NCBI GenBank assembly: GCA_035512955.1
Contig: DATKCZ010000027.1
Span: 40,949 to 104,948, forward strand
Length of the DNA stretch: 64,000 bases
Reading direction: 5' to 3'
DNA from: Acidimicrobiia bacterium
GTDB lineage: Bacteria > Actinomycetota > Acidimicrobiia > Spongiisociales > ZC4RG35
A program made the position numbers and the translations under genes. Shown here in pieces: positions 48,832 to 57,969 of the stretch; the stretch's first letter is position 1; the number at the start of each line of letters is the position of its first letter. The notes beneath the pieces were generated by a model. That model was not told the origin of the DNA, ran no database searches, and saw only the letters and a program-made list of their open reading frames with translations.

Positions 48832-50178
48832 CTACCGATCGACATCGCCCATCACCGGGTCCATCGAGGCGATGGTGGCGACCGTGTCGGCGACCAGGCT
48901 GTCGGCCATGGCGATCGGCAGTCCCTGGAGGTTGTAGAAGGAGGGCGCCCGGGTGTGCATCCGGTAGGGGTTGGCCCCGCCGTCCGAGACGAGATAACAG
49001 CCCAACTCGCCCCGGGGTGACTCCACAGCCACGTAGGTCTCCCCGTCGGGGACCTTGAACCCCTCGGTGAACAGCTTGAAGTGATGGATCAGGGCCTCCA
49101 TCGACTCGTCGATCCGCGCCCGGGGCGGTGGGGTGATCTTGCGGTCGTCGACGCGGTAGTCGCCCTTGGGCATCGAGTCCATCACCTGTTCGACGATTTT
49201 CAACGACTCCAACATCTCCTCGATACGGACGCGGTACCGGTCGTAGACATCGCCGCGGGTGCCCAGGGGGACCTCGAACTCGTATTGCTCGATTCCCGAA
49301 TAGGGGAAGACCTTGCGCAGGTCCCAGTCGATGCCGGCGGCGCGCAATGCGGGCCCGGTGATCGAGTAGGCGATGGCCTCCTCGCCGGTGATCACCCCGA
49401 CACCCTCGGTGCGGGCCAGCCAGATCGGGTTCTCCTTGAGCAGGTCGTCATAACGGTCGATTCGTCTGGGCAGGTCGGCGAGGATGGCGGCTACTTCGTC
49501 TTTCCACCCGGGTGCCAGGTCGGCGGCCACCCCACCCGGCCTGATGTAGTTGTGATTCATCCGCAGTCCGGTGGTCTTCTCGAAGAAGGCGAGTATCGAC
49601 TCGCGCTCCCGAAAGCCGTAGACCATCATCGACAGGGCGCCGATGTCCAACCCATTGGTGGCCAGGGCCACCAGGTGGGAGGAGACCCGGTTCAACTCGG
49701 TCATCAGGATGCGGATGGCGGCGGCCCGAGGAGGGACCTCGATGTCGAGCAGGCGCTCGGCCGCCAGTGAGAAGGCGAGCTCGCAGTGGAGCGGCGCCAG
49801 ATAATCCATCCGGGTGACATTGGTCGTGCCCTGGGAGAAGGTGAGCTGCTCGGCAGTCTTCTCCATCCCCGTGTGGAGATAGCCGATGATCGGCTTGCTG
49901 CGCCGGATCACCTCTCCCTCCAGCTCGAGTTGGAGACGGAGCACACCGTGGGTCGAGGGGTGTTGGGGGCCCATGTTGACCACCATCCGCTCCTCATCCC
50001 CGATGTCGTCGTCGAAGACGTAGTCGTCTCCGACAACCCGACCGGACTGATCGGCCAGCCGGTGCCCGGTCTCGTCGGCGCCGATTTCTTGCGCACCCTC
50101 GTCGGTGGGCTGGAACTGGGGCTCCTCGGTGCCGGCGACCCAGACGTCCAGGGTGTCCGAGGTCTTCTCCTCCGTCAC
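48832..50178 (-). CDS. nuoD: NADH-quinone oxidoreductase subunit D (operon 2)
   Basis: NMGPQHPSTHGVLRL, TRMDYLAP, VESPRGELG, C-terminal GDVDR. GTG 50178 follows the nuoC stop. Confidence 0.95.
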   Translation of the reverse strand: MTEEKTSDTLDVWVAGTEEPQFQPTDEGAQEIGADETGHRLADQSGRVVGDDYVFDDDIGDEERMVVNMGPQHPSTHGVLRLQLELEGEVIRRSKPIIGYLHTGMEKTAEQLTFSQGTTNVTRMDYLAPLHCELAFSLAAERLLDIEVPPRAAAIRILMTELNRVSSHLVALATNGLDIGALSMMVYGFRERESILAFFEKTTGLRMNHNYIRPGGVAADLAPGWKDEVAAILADLPRRIDRYDDLLKENPIWLARTEGVGVITGEEAIAYSITGPALRAAGIDWDLRKVFPYSGIEQYEFEVPLGTRGDVYDRYRVRIEEMLESLKIVEQVMDSMPKGDYRVDDRKITPPPRARIDESMEALIHHFKLFTEGFKVPDGETYVAVESPRGELGCYLVSDGGANPYRMHTRAPSFYNLQGLPIAMADSLVADTVATIASMDPVMGDVDR

Positions 50179-50179
50179 C

Positions 50180-50659
50180 TCAATCCACCTTGTGCGCCGC
50201 TTTGAACTGGACAGGCACATATCCCACGCCGAAGTCCTTTTGGAGCGGGAATCCCTCCCAATCGTCAGGCATGAGGATCCGGGTCAGGTCGGGATGGCCT
50301 TCGAAGTCGATACCGAACATGTCGTAGACCTCGCGCTCGGCGAAGCCGGCACCGGGCCAGACCGGGGTCACCGAGGCGATCGTGGGCTCCTCGCGGCCCA
50401 CCGTGGTGATCATCCGGAGCCTCAGCCGGTGGGTCATCGAGATCAGGTTGGCTATCACCTGGTAGCGGTCGGGGCGCTGACGCATCCAGTCCACCGCGGT
50501 GACGTCGCTGCACATCTCGAAGCCGGCCTCCTTGGCGGCCTCCGCGAGCGCGCGCCAGTCGTCTCGGGGGACATGGGCCACGTCCTGGCCGTGTGACTGC
50601 TCCCAGATCACCGACTCGAATGACTCGGCCAGCGAGGCGAGCACCGGGCTCGGGCTCAT
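50180..50659 (-). CDS. nuoC: NADH-quinone oxidoreductase subunit C (operon 2)
   Basis: [40 protein letters not shown] overlaps the nuoB stop. Confidence 0.93.
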   Translation of the reverse strand: MSPSPVLASLAESFESVIWEQSHGQDVAHVPRDDWRALAEAAKEAGFEMCSDVTAVDWMRQRPDRYQVIANLISMTHRLRLRMITTVGREEPTIASVTPVWPGAGFAEREVYDMFGIDFEGHPDLTRILMPDDWEGFPLQKDFGVGYVPVQFKAAHKVD

Positions 50660-51123
50660 CTGACGATCTCCCCGGCCATGATCTTGTCGTGGAGGTTGAG
50701 GATGCCGTGCATCAAGCTCTGCGGCCCGGGAGGGCAGCCGGGGACGTAGATGTCGACCGGGACCACCTGGTCGACGCCCTGGACGAGGGCGTAGTTGTTG
50801 AACATTCCGCCCGTGCTGGCGCAGGCGCCCATGGAGATGACCCACTTCGGGTCGGGCATCTGGTCGTAGACCTGGCGGAGGACCGGCGCCATCTTCTGAC
50901 TGACCCGGCCGGCCACGATCATCAGGTCGGCCTGGCGAGGTGAGGCCCGGAAGACCTCCATGCCGAAACGGGCCAGGTCGAAGTGCGCCGCCCCGGTGGC
51001 CATCATCTCGATCGCACAACACGCCAACCCGAACGTGGCCGGGAACATCGACCGGGTCCTCGCCCAGTTGGCCGCCCTCTCGACGGTGGTCATCAGCAGG
51101 TTGCCCGGGGCGGTGGTCGCCAC
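50656..51123 (-). CDS. nuoB: NADH-quinone oxidoreductase subunit B (operon 2)
   Basis: [36 protein letters not shown] motifs. Confidence 0.95.
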   Translation of the reverse strand: MATTAPGNLLMTTVERAANWARTRSMFPATFGLACCAIEMMATGAAHFDLARFGMEVFRASPRQADLMIVAGRVSQKMAPVLRQVYDQMPDPKWVISMGACASTGGMFNNYALVQGVDQVVPVDIYVPGCPPGPQSLMHGILNLHDKIMAGEIVR

Positions 51124-51126
51124 GAC

Positions 51127-51534
51127 TCAGGCCGCCTCATCGATCTCTCGGGGGAGATAGCGGGCGCGGCGATGGACGTTCCAGTCGAGCGCGCCTCGTT
51201 TCCAGACATACATCAACGTCTCGATGACGAAGAAGGTGAAGATGAGGACCGCGGCCACGCCGTACCAACCCAAGGAGTCCCAGATCGACGCCCAGGCGAA
51301 GAGAAAGATGATCTCCACGTCGAAGATGACGAAGAGCATCGCCACCAGATAGAACCTGACCGGGAAGCGTTGTGAGGGCTCGACCTCGGGGAAGATCCCG
51401 CACTCATAGGGCTCCAGTTTCTCCGCAGTCGGATTGTCGGGAGAGACCATGCGGGACAGCAGCAGGGAGACGGCGACGAAACCGCCGGCCAGCAACAGCA
51501 TCACCAGGATCGGTGCGTAGTCCGCGAGAGTCAC
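51127..51534 (-). CDS. nuoA: NADH-quinone oxidoreductase subunit A (operon 2)
   Basis: [30 protein letters not shown] motifs. Confidence 0.95.
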   Translation of the reverse strand: MTLADYAPILVMLLLAGGFVAVSLLLSRMVSPDNPTAEKLEPYECGIFPEVEPSQRFPVRFYLVAMLFVIFDVEIIFLFAWASIWDSLGWYGVAAVLIFTFFVIETLMYVWKRGALDWNVHRRARYLPREIDEAA

Positions 51535-51667
51535 TGCTCCTGAGGATAGGACTCCCCCGCCCTGTGCTGGTAATCAACGAACGCACCGACGGTGCGGCGA
51601 GCCCTTCGATGACTCCAGGGGGCGTGAAGGGCCGGAGAGACCCCCTCAGCAATTCTGCGACGGGCCA

Positions 51668-52906
51668 CTAAGCGGTGGGGAGAGTGCGCACCACCGCGGC
51701 GAGGGCGTCGTAGGCCCTCTCCCCAATGTGCTTGTCGTCCTCGTCCAAGAGATTGGCCATCACCTTCAGGGTCCACTCCATGAGCGAGCGGTTGCGCATC
51801 CCGGTGTGGGCGAGGGTGCGCATCACCGAGGGATATCCGATCAGCTGCACGAAAATCCGCGCCATCTTGTAGTACAGGCCGTACTCGTCGTCGAGCCGCT
51901 GCGGATAGCGACGGAGCAGCCCGAGATCGTCGTGGCCCAGGGCCTGGGCGACATATTCGGCTGCGATGCGGCCGGTCTCATAGCCATAGGCGATGCCCTC
52001 GCCGTTCCAGGGGTTGATGGCGCCGGCGGCATCGCCGATCGTGACCCAGTTCGCACCAACAAGCGGGCTCTTCGAATAGGACATCGTCAACTTGCCGCCC
52101 ATCGGCTTGCCCAGGCTCGCCTCCTCGCTCAAACCCCAGTAGTCGGGGGCGGTGGCGACATAGTCGTTCATCATGTGGGTGGTGTTGACGTCCTTCCACT
52201 TCTTGAAGGTGGAGAGCAGACCGACACCAACGTTCACGGTTCCGTCGCCGAGGGGGAAGACCCAGCCGTAACCGGGTATCGTCGCCCCCGAGGAATCGCG
52301 TAGGTCGAGCTGGCTCTCCAGGAACGGCTCGTCGGACCGGGGCGATGCGTAGTACCCCCGGGCGGCCATCCCCAGCGGGTAGTCACGTCGCCGCGACGTC
52401 CCCAGCTCTCGCCCGAACCGGTTCATGGAGCCGTCGGCGATGATGGTGACATCGGGGGTCACCCGCTCGTTGGCCTCGCCGTTGGCCAGAGCGACCGAAA
52501 TCAGCCGGCCGTCTTCGATGACAGGGGTGGCGGTGGTCTTCTCCCTGATCCGCACCCCCTCCTTCTCGGCGAGACGGGCCACCTGGACGTCGAGGTCCCG
52601 CCGTCTGATCACCCCGCCCCAGTTGGGGAAGCGGCTGTGCTCCGGCCAGGGCATCTCGATCATGAGGTCGTCCCCCGCATAGGACCGCAGGCCGGTGATC
52701 CGGTGGAACTCGGGAACGTCGAAGTCGAAACCCATGTCCTGGAGCTGGAGAATGGCTCTCGGGGTGAGGCCATCGCCGCATGTCTTCTCCCTCGGGTACT
52801 CCTTCTTCTCCACCACGGTGACGTCGATGCCGTCCCGGGCCATCCAATAGGCCGCGGCGGAGCCGGCGGGGCCCCCGCCGACAACGAGAACGGTGGGTGA
52901 TGACAT
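51668..52906 (-). CDS. Geranylgeranyl reductase-family flavoprotein (MenJ-like menaquinone side-chain reductase)
   Basis: VVGGGPAGS, PREKTCGDGLTP, GYGWVFP, GDAAGAINPWNGEGIAYG motifs. Position directly upstream of nuoA as in other actinobacteria. Confidence 0.85.
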   Translation of the reverse strand: MSSPTVLVVGGGPAGSAAAYWMARDGIDVTVVEKKEYPREKTCGDGLTPRAILQLQDMGFDFDVPEFHRITGLRSYAGDDLMIEMPWPEHSRFPNWGGVIRRRDLDVQVARLAEKEGVRIREKTTATPVIEDGRLISVALANGEANERVTPDVTIIADGSMNRFGRELGTSRRRDYPLGMAARGYYASPRSDEPFLESQLDLRDSSGATIPGYGWVFPLGDGTVNVGVGLLSTFKKWKDVNTTHMMNDYVATAPDYWGLSEEASLGKPMGGKLTMSYSKSPLVGANWVTIGDAAGAINPWNGEGIAYGYETGRIAAEYVAQALGHDDLGLLRRYPQRLDDEYGLYYKMARIFVQLIGYPSVMRTLAHTGMRNRSLMEWTLKVMANLLDEDDKHIGERAYDALAAVVRTLPTA

Positions 52907-52969
52907 GTGCGAGAGATGGTAAATCGTCGAGTGGGGAACCAAGAAGTGCGGCTGTATCGTCCAGCCCCG

Positions 52970-53578
52970 ATGAGCGGGCTTTCACGCGCCACCGTTGCCC
53001 GGATGCCGAGATATCTGCGGCTCCTCGACGACTTGCGGGAATCGCAGAGCACGGTCAGCTCGGGTGAGCTGGCGGACGCCGCCGGGGTCAACCCGGCCAA
53101 CGTGCGACGTGACCTCTCAGACCTCGGCTTTCAGGGGACCCGTGGGGTGGGGTACTCGGTGGGCGACCTCAGGTCACGGATAAGACGCGAGCTGGGCATC
53201 GACGGGCGCCGACGGGTGGCCATCGTCGGGGCGGGGAACCTGGGAACCGCCCTGGCCCGCTACAACGGGCTGATCCAGCGTGGTTTCGATGTGATGGCGA
53301 TCTATGACGTCGACCCGCGGCGGATCGGACAGCGGGTGGGAGATGTGGAGGTCACCGACGCCTCATCGATCGCCAACGACTGCCAGAGCGGCATGTTCGA
53401 CATGGCGATCATCGCGGTGCCTGCCGGGTCGGCCCAACAGGTGGCCAATCAGCTGGTCTCAGCCGGGGTCTCCTCGATCCTCAACTTCGCTCCGGTACGG
53501 GTGGTGGTCCCCGACCAGGTCGCGGTGCGTCATGTCGACCTCTCGACCGAGCTACAGATCCTCAGCTACTACGGATGA
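52970..53578 (+). CDS. rex: Redox-sensing transcriptional repressor Rex
   Basis: ATVARMPRYLR, VSSGELA, VRRDLS, GTRGVGY winged helix; VGAGNLG NAD-binding motif; ILNFAP. Confidence 0.93.
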   Translation: MSGLSRATVARMPRYLRLLDDLRESQSTVSSGELADAAGVNPANVRRDLSDLGFQGTRGVGYSVGDLRSRIRRELGIDGRRRVAIVGAGNLGTALARYNGLIQRGFDVMAIYDVDPRRIGQRVGDVEVTDASSIANDCQSGMFDMAIIAVPAGSAQQVANQLVSAGVSSILNFAPVRVVVPDQVAVRHVDLSTELQILSYYG

Positions 53579-53584
53579 GGGAGT

Positions 53585-53692
53585 CGTCCAACCCTGGGTT
53601 GCTGACTTCGCTGAGCGACGTTGGGAACCCTGGGTTCGCGGTGCGGCCAGGGTTCCGTCCAACCCTGGGCTGCTGACTTCGCTGAGCGACGT
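53585..53692. repeat. Tandem 54-bp REP-like units (unit 1 53585-53638; unit 2 begins 53656 and is split by the IS)
   Basis: CGTCCAACCCTGGG(T/C)TGCTGACTTCGCTGAGCGACGTTGGGAACCCTGGGTTCG at a 71-nt period. The tail of unit 2 resumes at 54980-54996. Confidence 0.85.
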
Positions 53693-54963
53693 TGTGTTCT
53701 TTCAGCGGATCCCTCACACATGTCGCGGGGCATCCCTCATGCCTGGATGGTGAGCAAGTGACCATCGGGGCTTATGAGAAGGGATGTGCCGATGAGTATC
53801 AGACGGTTGATCGTCGAGGTTGAGTTGGAGGGGTTGAACGTGACCGAGTTCTGTGCTCAGCACGGGGTGTCGACGTGGTTTTTCTATCAGCTGCGGAAAC
53901 GGTATGCGGCCGAGGGTGAGGCTGGTCTGGAGCCTCGTTCCAGGGCGGCGAAGACGGTGGCTAACCGGACTCCGGACTGGGTGGAGGATCTGGTGGTGGA
54001 GAAACGCAAAGAGCTCGTCGACGCCGGCTGGGATGCCGGGCCGGCGACGATCTGGACTCACCTGTCAGAGAGCCTTCCCCTCGAGTTGGTCCCGTCGGAG
54101 GCGACGATCTGGCGGATCCTGACCCGCCGGGGGTTTATCACCCCGGAACCAAAGAAGGCTCCGGAACACTCCTATCGGACGTTTGCTGCGGAGCGGGCCA
54201 ACGAGTGCTGGCAGCTCGACGACATCGGATACGAGCTCGTCGACGGCACCGCTGTGAAGATCATCACCATCATCGATGACTGCACTCGGCTGTGTCCCCG
54301 CCTGAAAGCAGTCGTATCGGTCAACGGCCAGGCCGCCTTTGACGCCTTCTGTGCCGCTGCCACAAGATGGGGTTGGCCCCAAAGGTTCCTATCCGACAAC
54401 GCCAACGCCTACAAGATCAGCCTCGCTGGCGCCGTCGGTGCCATCGGCGTCGACCACCGCCACGGACGCCCCGGCCACCCCCAGACCCAAGGGAAAGTGG
54501 AACGCTTCCACCAGACACTCCAGAAATGGCTCAAAGCCCAGCCGTCGCCATCAAACCTAGAAGCACTCCAATCCCAGCTCGACGACTTCACCGACCACTA
54601 CAACACGAAACGGCCCCACCGGGCCATCGGCCGCAAACCCCCCGCCACCATCTGGAAACAAACCCCCAAGACAGGACCAGCCGACCGGCCCCTAACCACC
54701 CCCACCAGCATCCACCGAGTCACCGTCACCGGCGGCATCTGCCACATCAACAAGACCTACTCCATCACCATCGGAGCAGCCCACACCGGTCAGCAAGCCA
54801 CCGTCATAATCACCGACCTCACCTGCCACGTGTTCATCGCCGGTCGACTCATCCGCCAACTAACCCTCGACCCCACCCGCCGCTACCAACCCCTATACGA
54901 TCGACCAGGAAGACCATGAGGTATGCCCCGCGACAACCATGAGGGATGCCCCGCGACAACACA
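53693..54963 (+). mobile_element. IS481-family insertion sequence (1271 bp)
   Basis: TGTGT...ACACA ends; two 21-bp subterminal repeats per end (TGTCGCGGGGCATCCCTCATG at 53721-53741, inverted at 54938-54958 and 54915-54935; degenerate copy at 53698-53718); flanked by a 16-bp direct repeat CTTCGCTGAGCGACGT (53677-53692, 54964-54979). Confidence 0.92.
53792..54919 (+). CDS. IS481-family DDE transposase
   Basis: N-terminal HTH (FCAQHGVSTWFFYQLRKRY), WQLDD, FLSDNANAY, GKVERFHQTL catalytic motifs; uninterrupted. ATG 53792 has an SD; 53774 is the alternative start. Confidence 0.93.
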   Translation: MSIRRLIVEVELEGLNVTEFCAQHGVSTWFFYQLRKRYAAEGEAGLEPRSRAAKTVANRTPDWVEDLVVEKRKELVDAGWDAGPATIWTHLSESLPLELVPSEATIWRILTRRGFITPEPKKAPEHSYRTFAAERANECWQLDDIGYELVDGTAVKIITIIDDCTRLCPRLKAVVSVNGQAAFDAFCAAATRWGWPQRFLSDNANAYKISLAGAVGAIGVDHRHGRPGHPQTQGKVERFHQTLQKWLKAQPSPSNLEALQSQLDDFTDHYNTKRPHRAIGRKPPATIWKQTPKTGPADRPLTTPTSIHRVTVTGGICHINKTYSITIGAAHTGQQATVIITDLTCHVFIAGRLIRQLTLDPTRRYQPLYDRPGRP

Positions 54964-55009
54964 CTTCGCTGAGCGACGTTGGGAACCCTGGGTTCGTCAA
55001 CCAAGCAGC

Positions 55010-55369
55010 CTAGCCCCCGGCCTCTTTGGTCTCCTCGAACTGGTGGAGGGCGACCAGGAAGACCAGAAACAGGACCAGGGAGACCAGGAGATAGGTGATG
55101 GGGATCACCCTGATCTCGAAGGCGTTGAGACCCTCGATGTTGTCGGGCTTGGGGCCGCGGGGCGCGTAGACGACGAAGAGCAGTGAGGTGATCGTCAGCC
55201 AGCCGAACACGGCTGCACCGGTCACCAAGAAGCCGAGCCGCTTGCCCAGGTTGGTTCGGTTGAACAGGTAGATCGAGCCGTAGAACAACAGCACCGAGGC
55301 CGCGGTGAGGATGATCCCTGTGACGAAGAGGTTCGCCGACAGCAGAGATCGGAAGAGCTCACGAAACAC
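55010..55369 (-). CDS. Small 3-TM membrane protein, last gene of the Rieske/cytochrome b operon
   Basis: Three hydrophobic segments; starts 2 nt after the cytochrome c stop. Confidence 0.75.
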   Translation of the reverse strand: MFRELFRSLLSANLFVTGIILTAASVLLFYGSIYLFNRTNLGKRLGFLVTGAAVFGWLTITSLLFVVYAPRGPKPDNIEGLNAFEIRVIPITYLLVSLVLFLVFLVALHQFEETKEAGG

Positions 55370-55371
55370 GC

Positions 55372-57078
55372 CTACTCCATCCCGTCCAAGTTGCCGCTGC
55401 GAAGATACCGCGCCAGTAGCTCGATGTCGGCCTGGTCGAGGATCAACCCGAAAGCGGGCATCCGACCCGATCCGAAACCGTTGAGCCCATATGGCGTCTG
55501 CGCCTCGGAGCCGTTGATGAGAAAGTCGACGAGCAGATCGGTCTCGGCTTCGTCCTGGGGGGGCTCACCGAACTGCACCACCGGGCGCCCGTCCCAGAGC
55601 GCCGGCCCGAACCCACCGGCGCCGGCCTCCTGGGTATAGGGGGTGCCGGCGCTGAAACCGGCGGTATGACATCGGGCACAGTTGGCGTTGAAGAGCCCCA
55701 CCGCCCGAAGGGCCTCGTCCTCGCTGGCTCCCATCGCCTCGGCGACACCGGGGATGTCGATCTCCCATGCGGCTTGTTCCTGGGCCATCAGCAAGAACTC
55801 CAGACCGGCCTCTTGCTGTGGGCGAATCCTCGATACGTTCTCCACCGTGACGCCGACGTTGATGGCCGCGGTCTCCAGGCCGCCAACCATGTTCGAGGCG
55901 GTTCTCATGTCGGGCTCTCCGGGCACCGACTGGGGATTGGCCGGATCGAGGTCGATCCGGGTCAGCGTGCGCGGGACGGTGGCGCCGCTGGCCGTGGTGA
56001 ACAGCGCAGAGATCGTGCCCTCGGCCCCGTCGGAGATCCCATCGCCATCGCTGTCGGGGTTCTCCGCAGTGATCTCATCGCCCTGCAACGCCGCAGTGAC
56101 GTCGGCCAGGGTGACCTGGAGAATCGGGTCGTCCTCGGACGCCTCGGTGAGCTGGGCGAGGGCATCGTCCAACAGCTCGGCGTCGGCTGTTTGAGGGTCG
56201 AGAGTCAATGCATCGACCACCCGGAAGTGATCGACCGCCGCGGCGGAGATGGCGGAAAGCTCGACTTCTGCGGCGTCGGACAACCCGTCCGCGTCGGTGT
56301 CTATCCCCTCCACCGCGTTGGCCAGCAACTCGGAGGCCCGCTCTGCCAGCGGCTCGATGACGACGAGGTCGGCGGCTGCCTGATCGATCTCGGCAACCAC
56401 CTGACGCTGGCTCACTATCGCCGCCTCCACCGTGGCGTCGGCGTTGGCGAGACGACTGAGCTGTTCGGCGGTGGCGGCCACGGTCTCGTCGACGGCCTGC
56501 TGTTGGGGGACCTGGATGGTCGCTAGGTAGTTGACGACATCACGGACCTGGTTCTCGTTCATTGGGCCGCCGCCATCGAGACCCCACGCCGGCATCGGGG
56601 TGTTGCCCCGGCCGTAGGTGACCCAGAAGTTGACCTCGTCCTCGTCGTAGCGAAAGAGAACATCGTCCAACGAAGGTGCGGTCCAGGACACGGTGACACC
56701 TGACCGCTTCTCCACGAAGGAGGCGACCCCGCCCGAGCCGAGGGGGCCGTGACAGTCGAAACAACCGAACTCGTCGACGAGGTGGAGGCCGCGTTCGATC
56801 GATGCTGTGGAGAACTCCTCGACAAAGCCGTCCTGGCGGTTCGACTCGCTGAGGAAGTAGAGAGGAAGGGAGATCGCCAGGAAGGCGGAGAAGGCTATCG
56901 CCGCCTTCTGGCCGCCCTCGAGACGTCTCGTCTCGAGTTGCTGGTCGTCGATTCCGGGCTTGAGGTTGGGGGAGACCTCCTCTGCACCACCCCGGTTCCT
57001 CAGCGCTGAGACCAACAGGAGGCCGAGCCACACGATCCCGGCCACCACTGCCAGGACCGTGATCACATCTGCGGTCAT
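55372..57078 (-). CDS. Membrane-anchored diheme cytochrome c with a large inter-heme insert
   Basis: Two N-terminal TM helices; CFDCH...MPAW and CARCH...MPAF; two DxDxDG[LI]SD repeats in the insert. Confidence 0.88.
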   Translation of the reverse strand: MTADVITVLAVVAGIVWLGLLLVSALRNRGGAEEVSPNLKPGIDDQQLETRRLEGGQKAAIAFSAFLAISLPLYFLSESNRQDGFVEEFSTASIERGLHLVDEFGCFDCHGPLGSGGVASFVEKRSGVTVSWTAPSLDDVLFRYDEDEVNFWVTYGRGNTPMPAWGLDGGGPMNENQVRDVVNYLATIQVPQQQAVDETVAATAEQLSRLANADATVEAAIVSQRQVVAEIDQAAADLVVIEPLAERASELLANAVEGIDTDADGLSDAAEVELSAISAAAVDHFRVVDALTLDPQTADAELLDDALAQLTEASEDDPILQVTLADVTAALQGDEITAENPDSDGDGISDGAEGTISALFTTASGATVPRTLTRIDLDPANPQSVPGEPDMRTASNMVGGLETAAINVGVTVENVSRIRPQQEAGLEFLLMAQEQAAWEIDIPGVAEAMGASEDEALRAVGLFNANCARCHTAGFSAGTPYTQEAGAGGFGPALWDGRPVVQFGEPPQDEAETDLLVDFLINGSEAQTPYGLNGFGSGRMPAFGLILDQADIELLARYLRSGNLDGME

Positions 57079-57081
57079 GCC

Positions 57082-57969
57082 CTAGGCCTCTTCATCCGCG
57101 GCGATGGCGCCGATGCAGCTCGGGCCCTGCGGATAGGGCACGCTCGGTGTGGCGGCGCGAGGGGTCTCGATGATCGATCCGGTGCGCACGATGAACCGAT
57201 CGCCGTCGCGCACCTCGACCTCGAAGCGATCGAGGTTCCTCGGGGCGGGCCCGGCGAAGTACTCGCCGACCGAGTTGTACTTCGACCCGTGACACGGGCA
57301 CTCGAATCCGATCGAGGTGGCGCACCAGGGAACGCGACAGCCGAGATGCACGCACCGCTGGAACAGGGCCATCAGCCCAGCCGCCTCGACGTTCCTGCCC
57401 TCGAACTGCTCGGAGAGAGTGTCGGGGGCGGGGACGATGTAGGCCCTGGCCTCGGGGACGAACACCGGGACCACCGAGCCGTCCGCCGTAACCGTCTGCG
57501 CGGTGATCGCCTCCACCGCGCCGGCGTCGACATCGGAGCCAAAGCCCCCAGTGAGCTTGGGCCAGAAGAACGCCAACGAGTAGAGCCCCATCAAGCCGAG
57601 GAACGAGCCGAAGGTGGCGGTGATTGCGCGATTGAAGAACTGGCGACGGCTGACCCCCGACTCCTCCACGGAGACCTCGACCACACGCTGGGTCTCGACG
57701 AGCTCGACACCGGCAGCCACCGGCTCGGGCTCGACCTCCTCGACGACGACTTCCTCGTCCAGGGCCGGGGGCTCATCCTCAGGGATCTCGATCGGCTCCA
57801 CCCGGACACCGGCCATCGATCGGTCTGCGCGCCGGGTCTCCTCGGAGACCCCGGCGGTGGGGTCGGGACGTTCGGCTCGGGTGCGGCGAAAGGCGATGGT
57901 GAAGGCACCGAGAGCACCGAAGATGGCGAAGAAACCGACGGCGACGAGGACCCAGTTGGTGAATGTCAT
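57082..57969 (-). CDS. Rieske [2Fe-2S] subunit of the Rieske/cytochrome b complex
   Basis: CVHLGC and CPCHGSKY boxes; N-terminal TM, acidic linker, then SRRQFF twin-arginine TM. ATG overlaps the upstream stop. Confidence 0.93.
   Translation of the reverse strand: MTFTNWVLVAVGFFAIFGALGAFTIAFRRTRAERPDPTAGVSEETRRADRSMAGVRVEPIEIPEDEPPALDEEVVVEEVEPEPVAAGVELVETQRVVEVSVEESGVSRRQFFNRAITATFGSFLGLMGLYSLAFFWPKLTGGFGSDVDAGAVEAITAQTVTADGSVVPVFVPEARAYIVPAPDTLSEQFEGRNVEAAGLMALFQRCVHLGCRVPWCATSIGFECPCHGSKYNSVGEYFAGPAPRNLDRFEVEVRDGDRFIVRTGSIIETPRAATPSVPYPQGPSCIGAIAADEEA

Noticed and set aside
53585-54996. 54-bp repeats as a CRISPR array
   Set aside because: Only two ancestral units with a 17-nt spacer; the third partial copy is explained by the IS target duplication; no cas genes.
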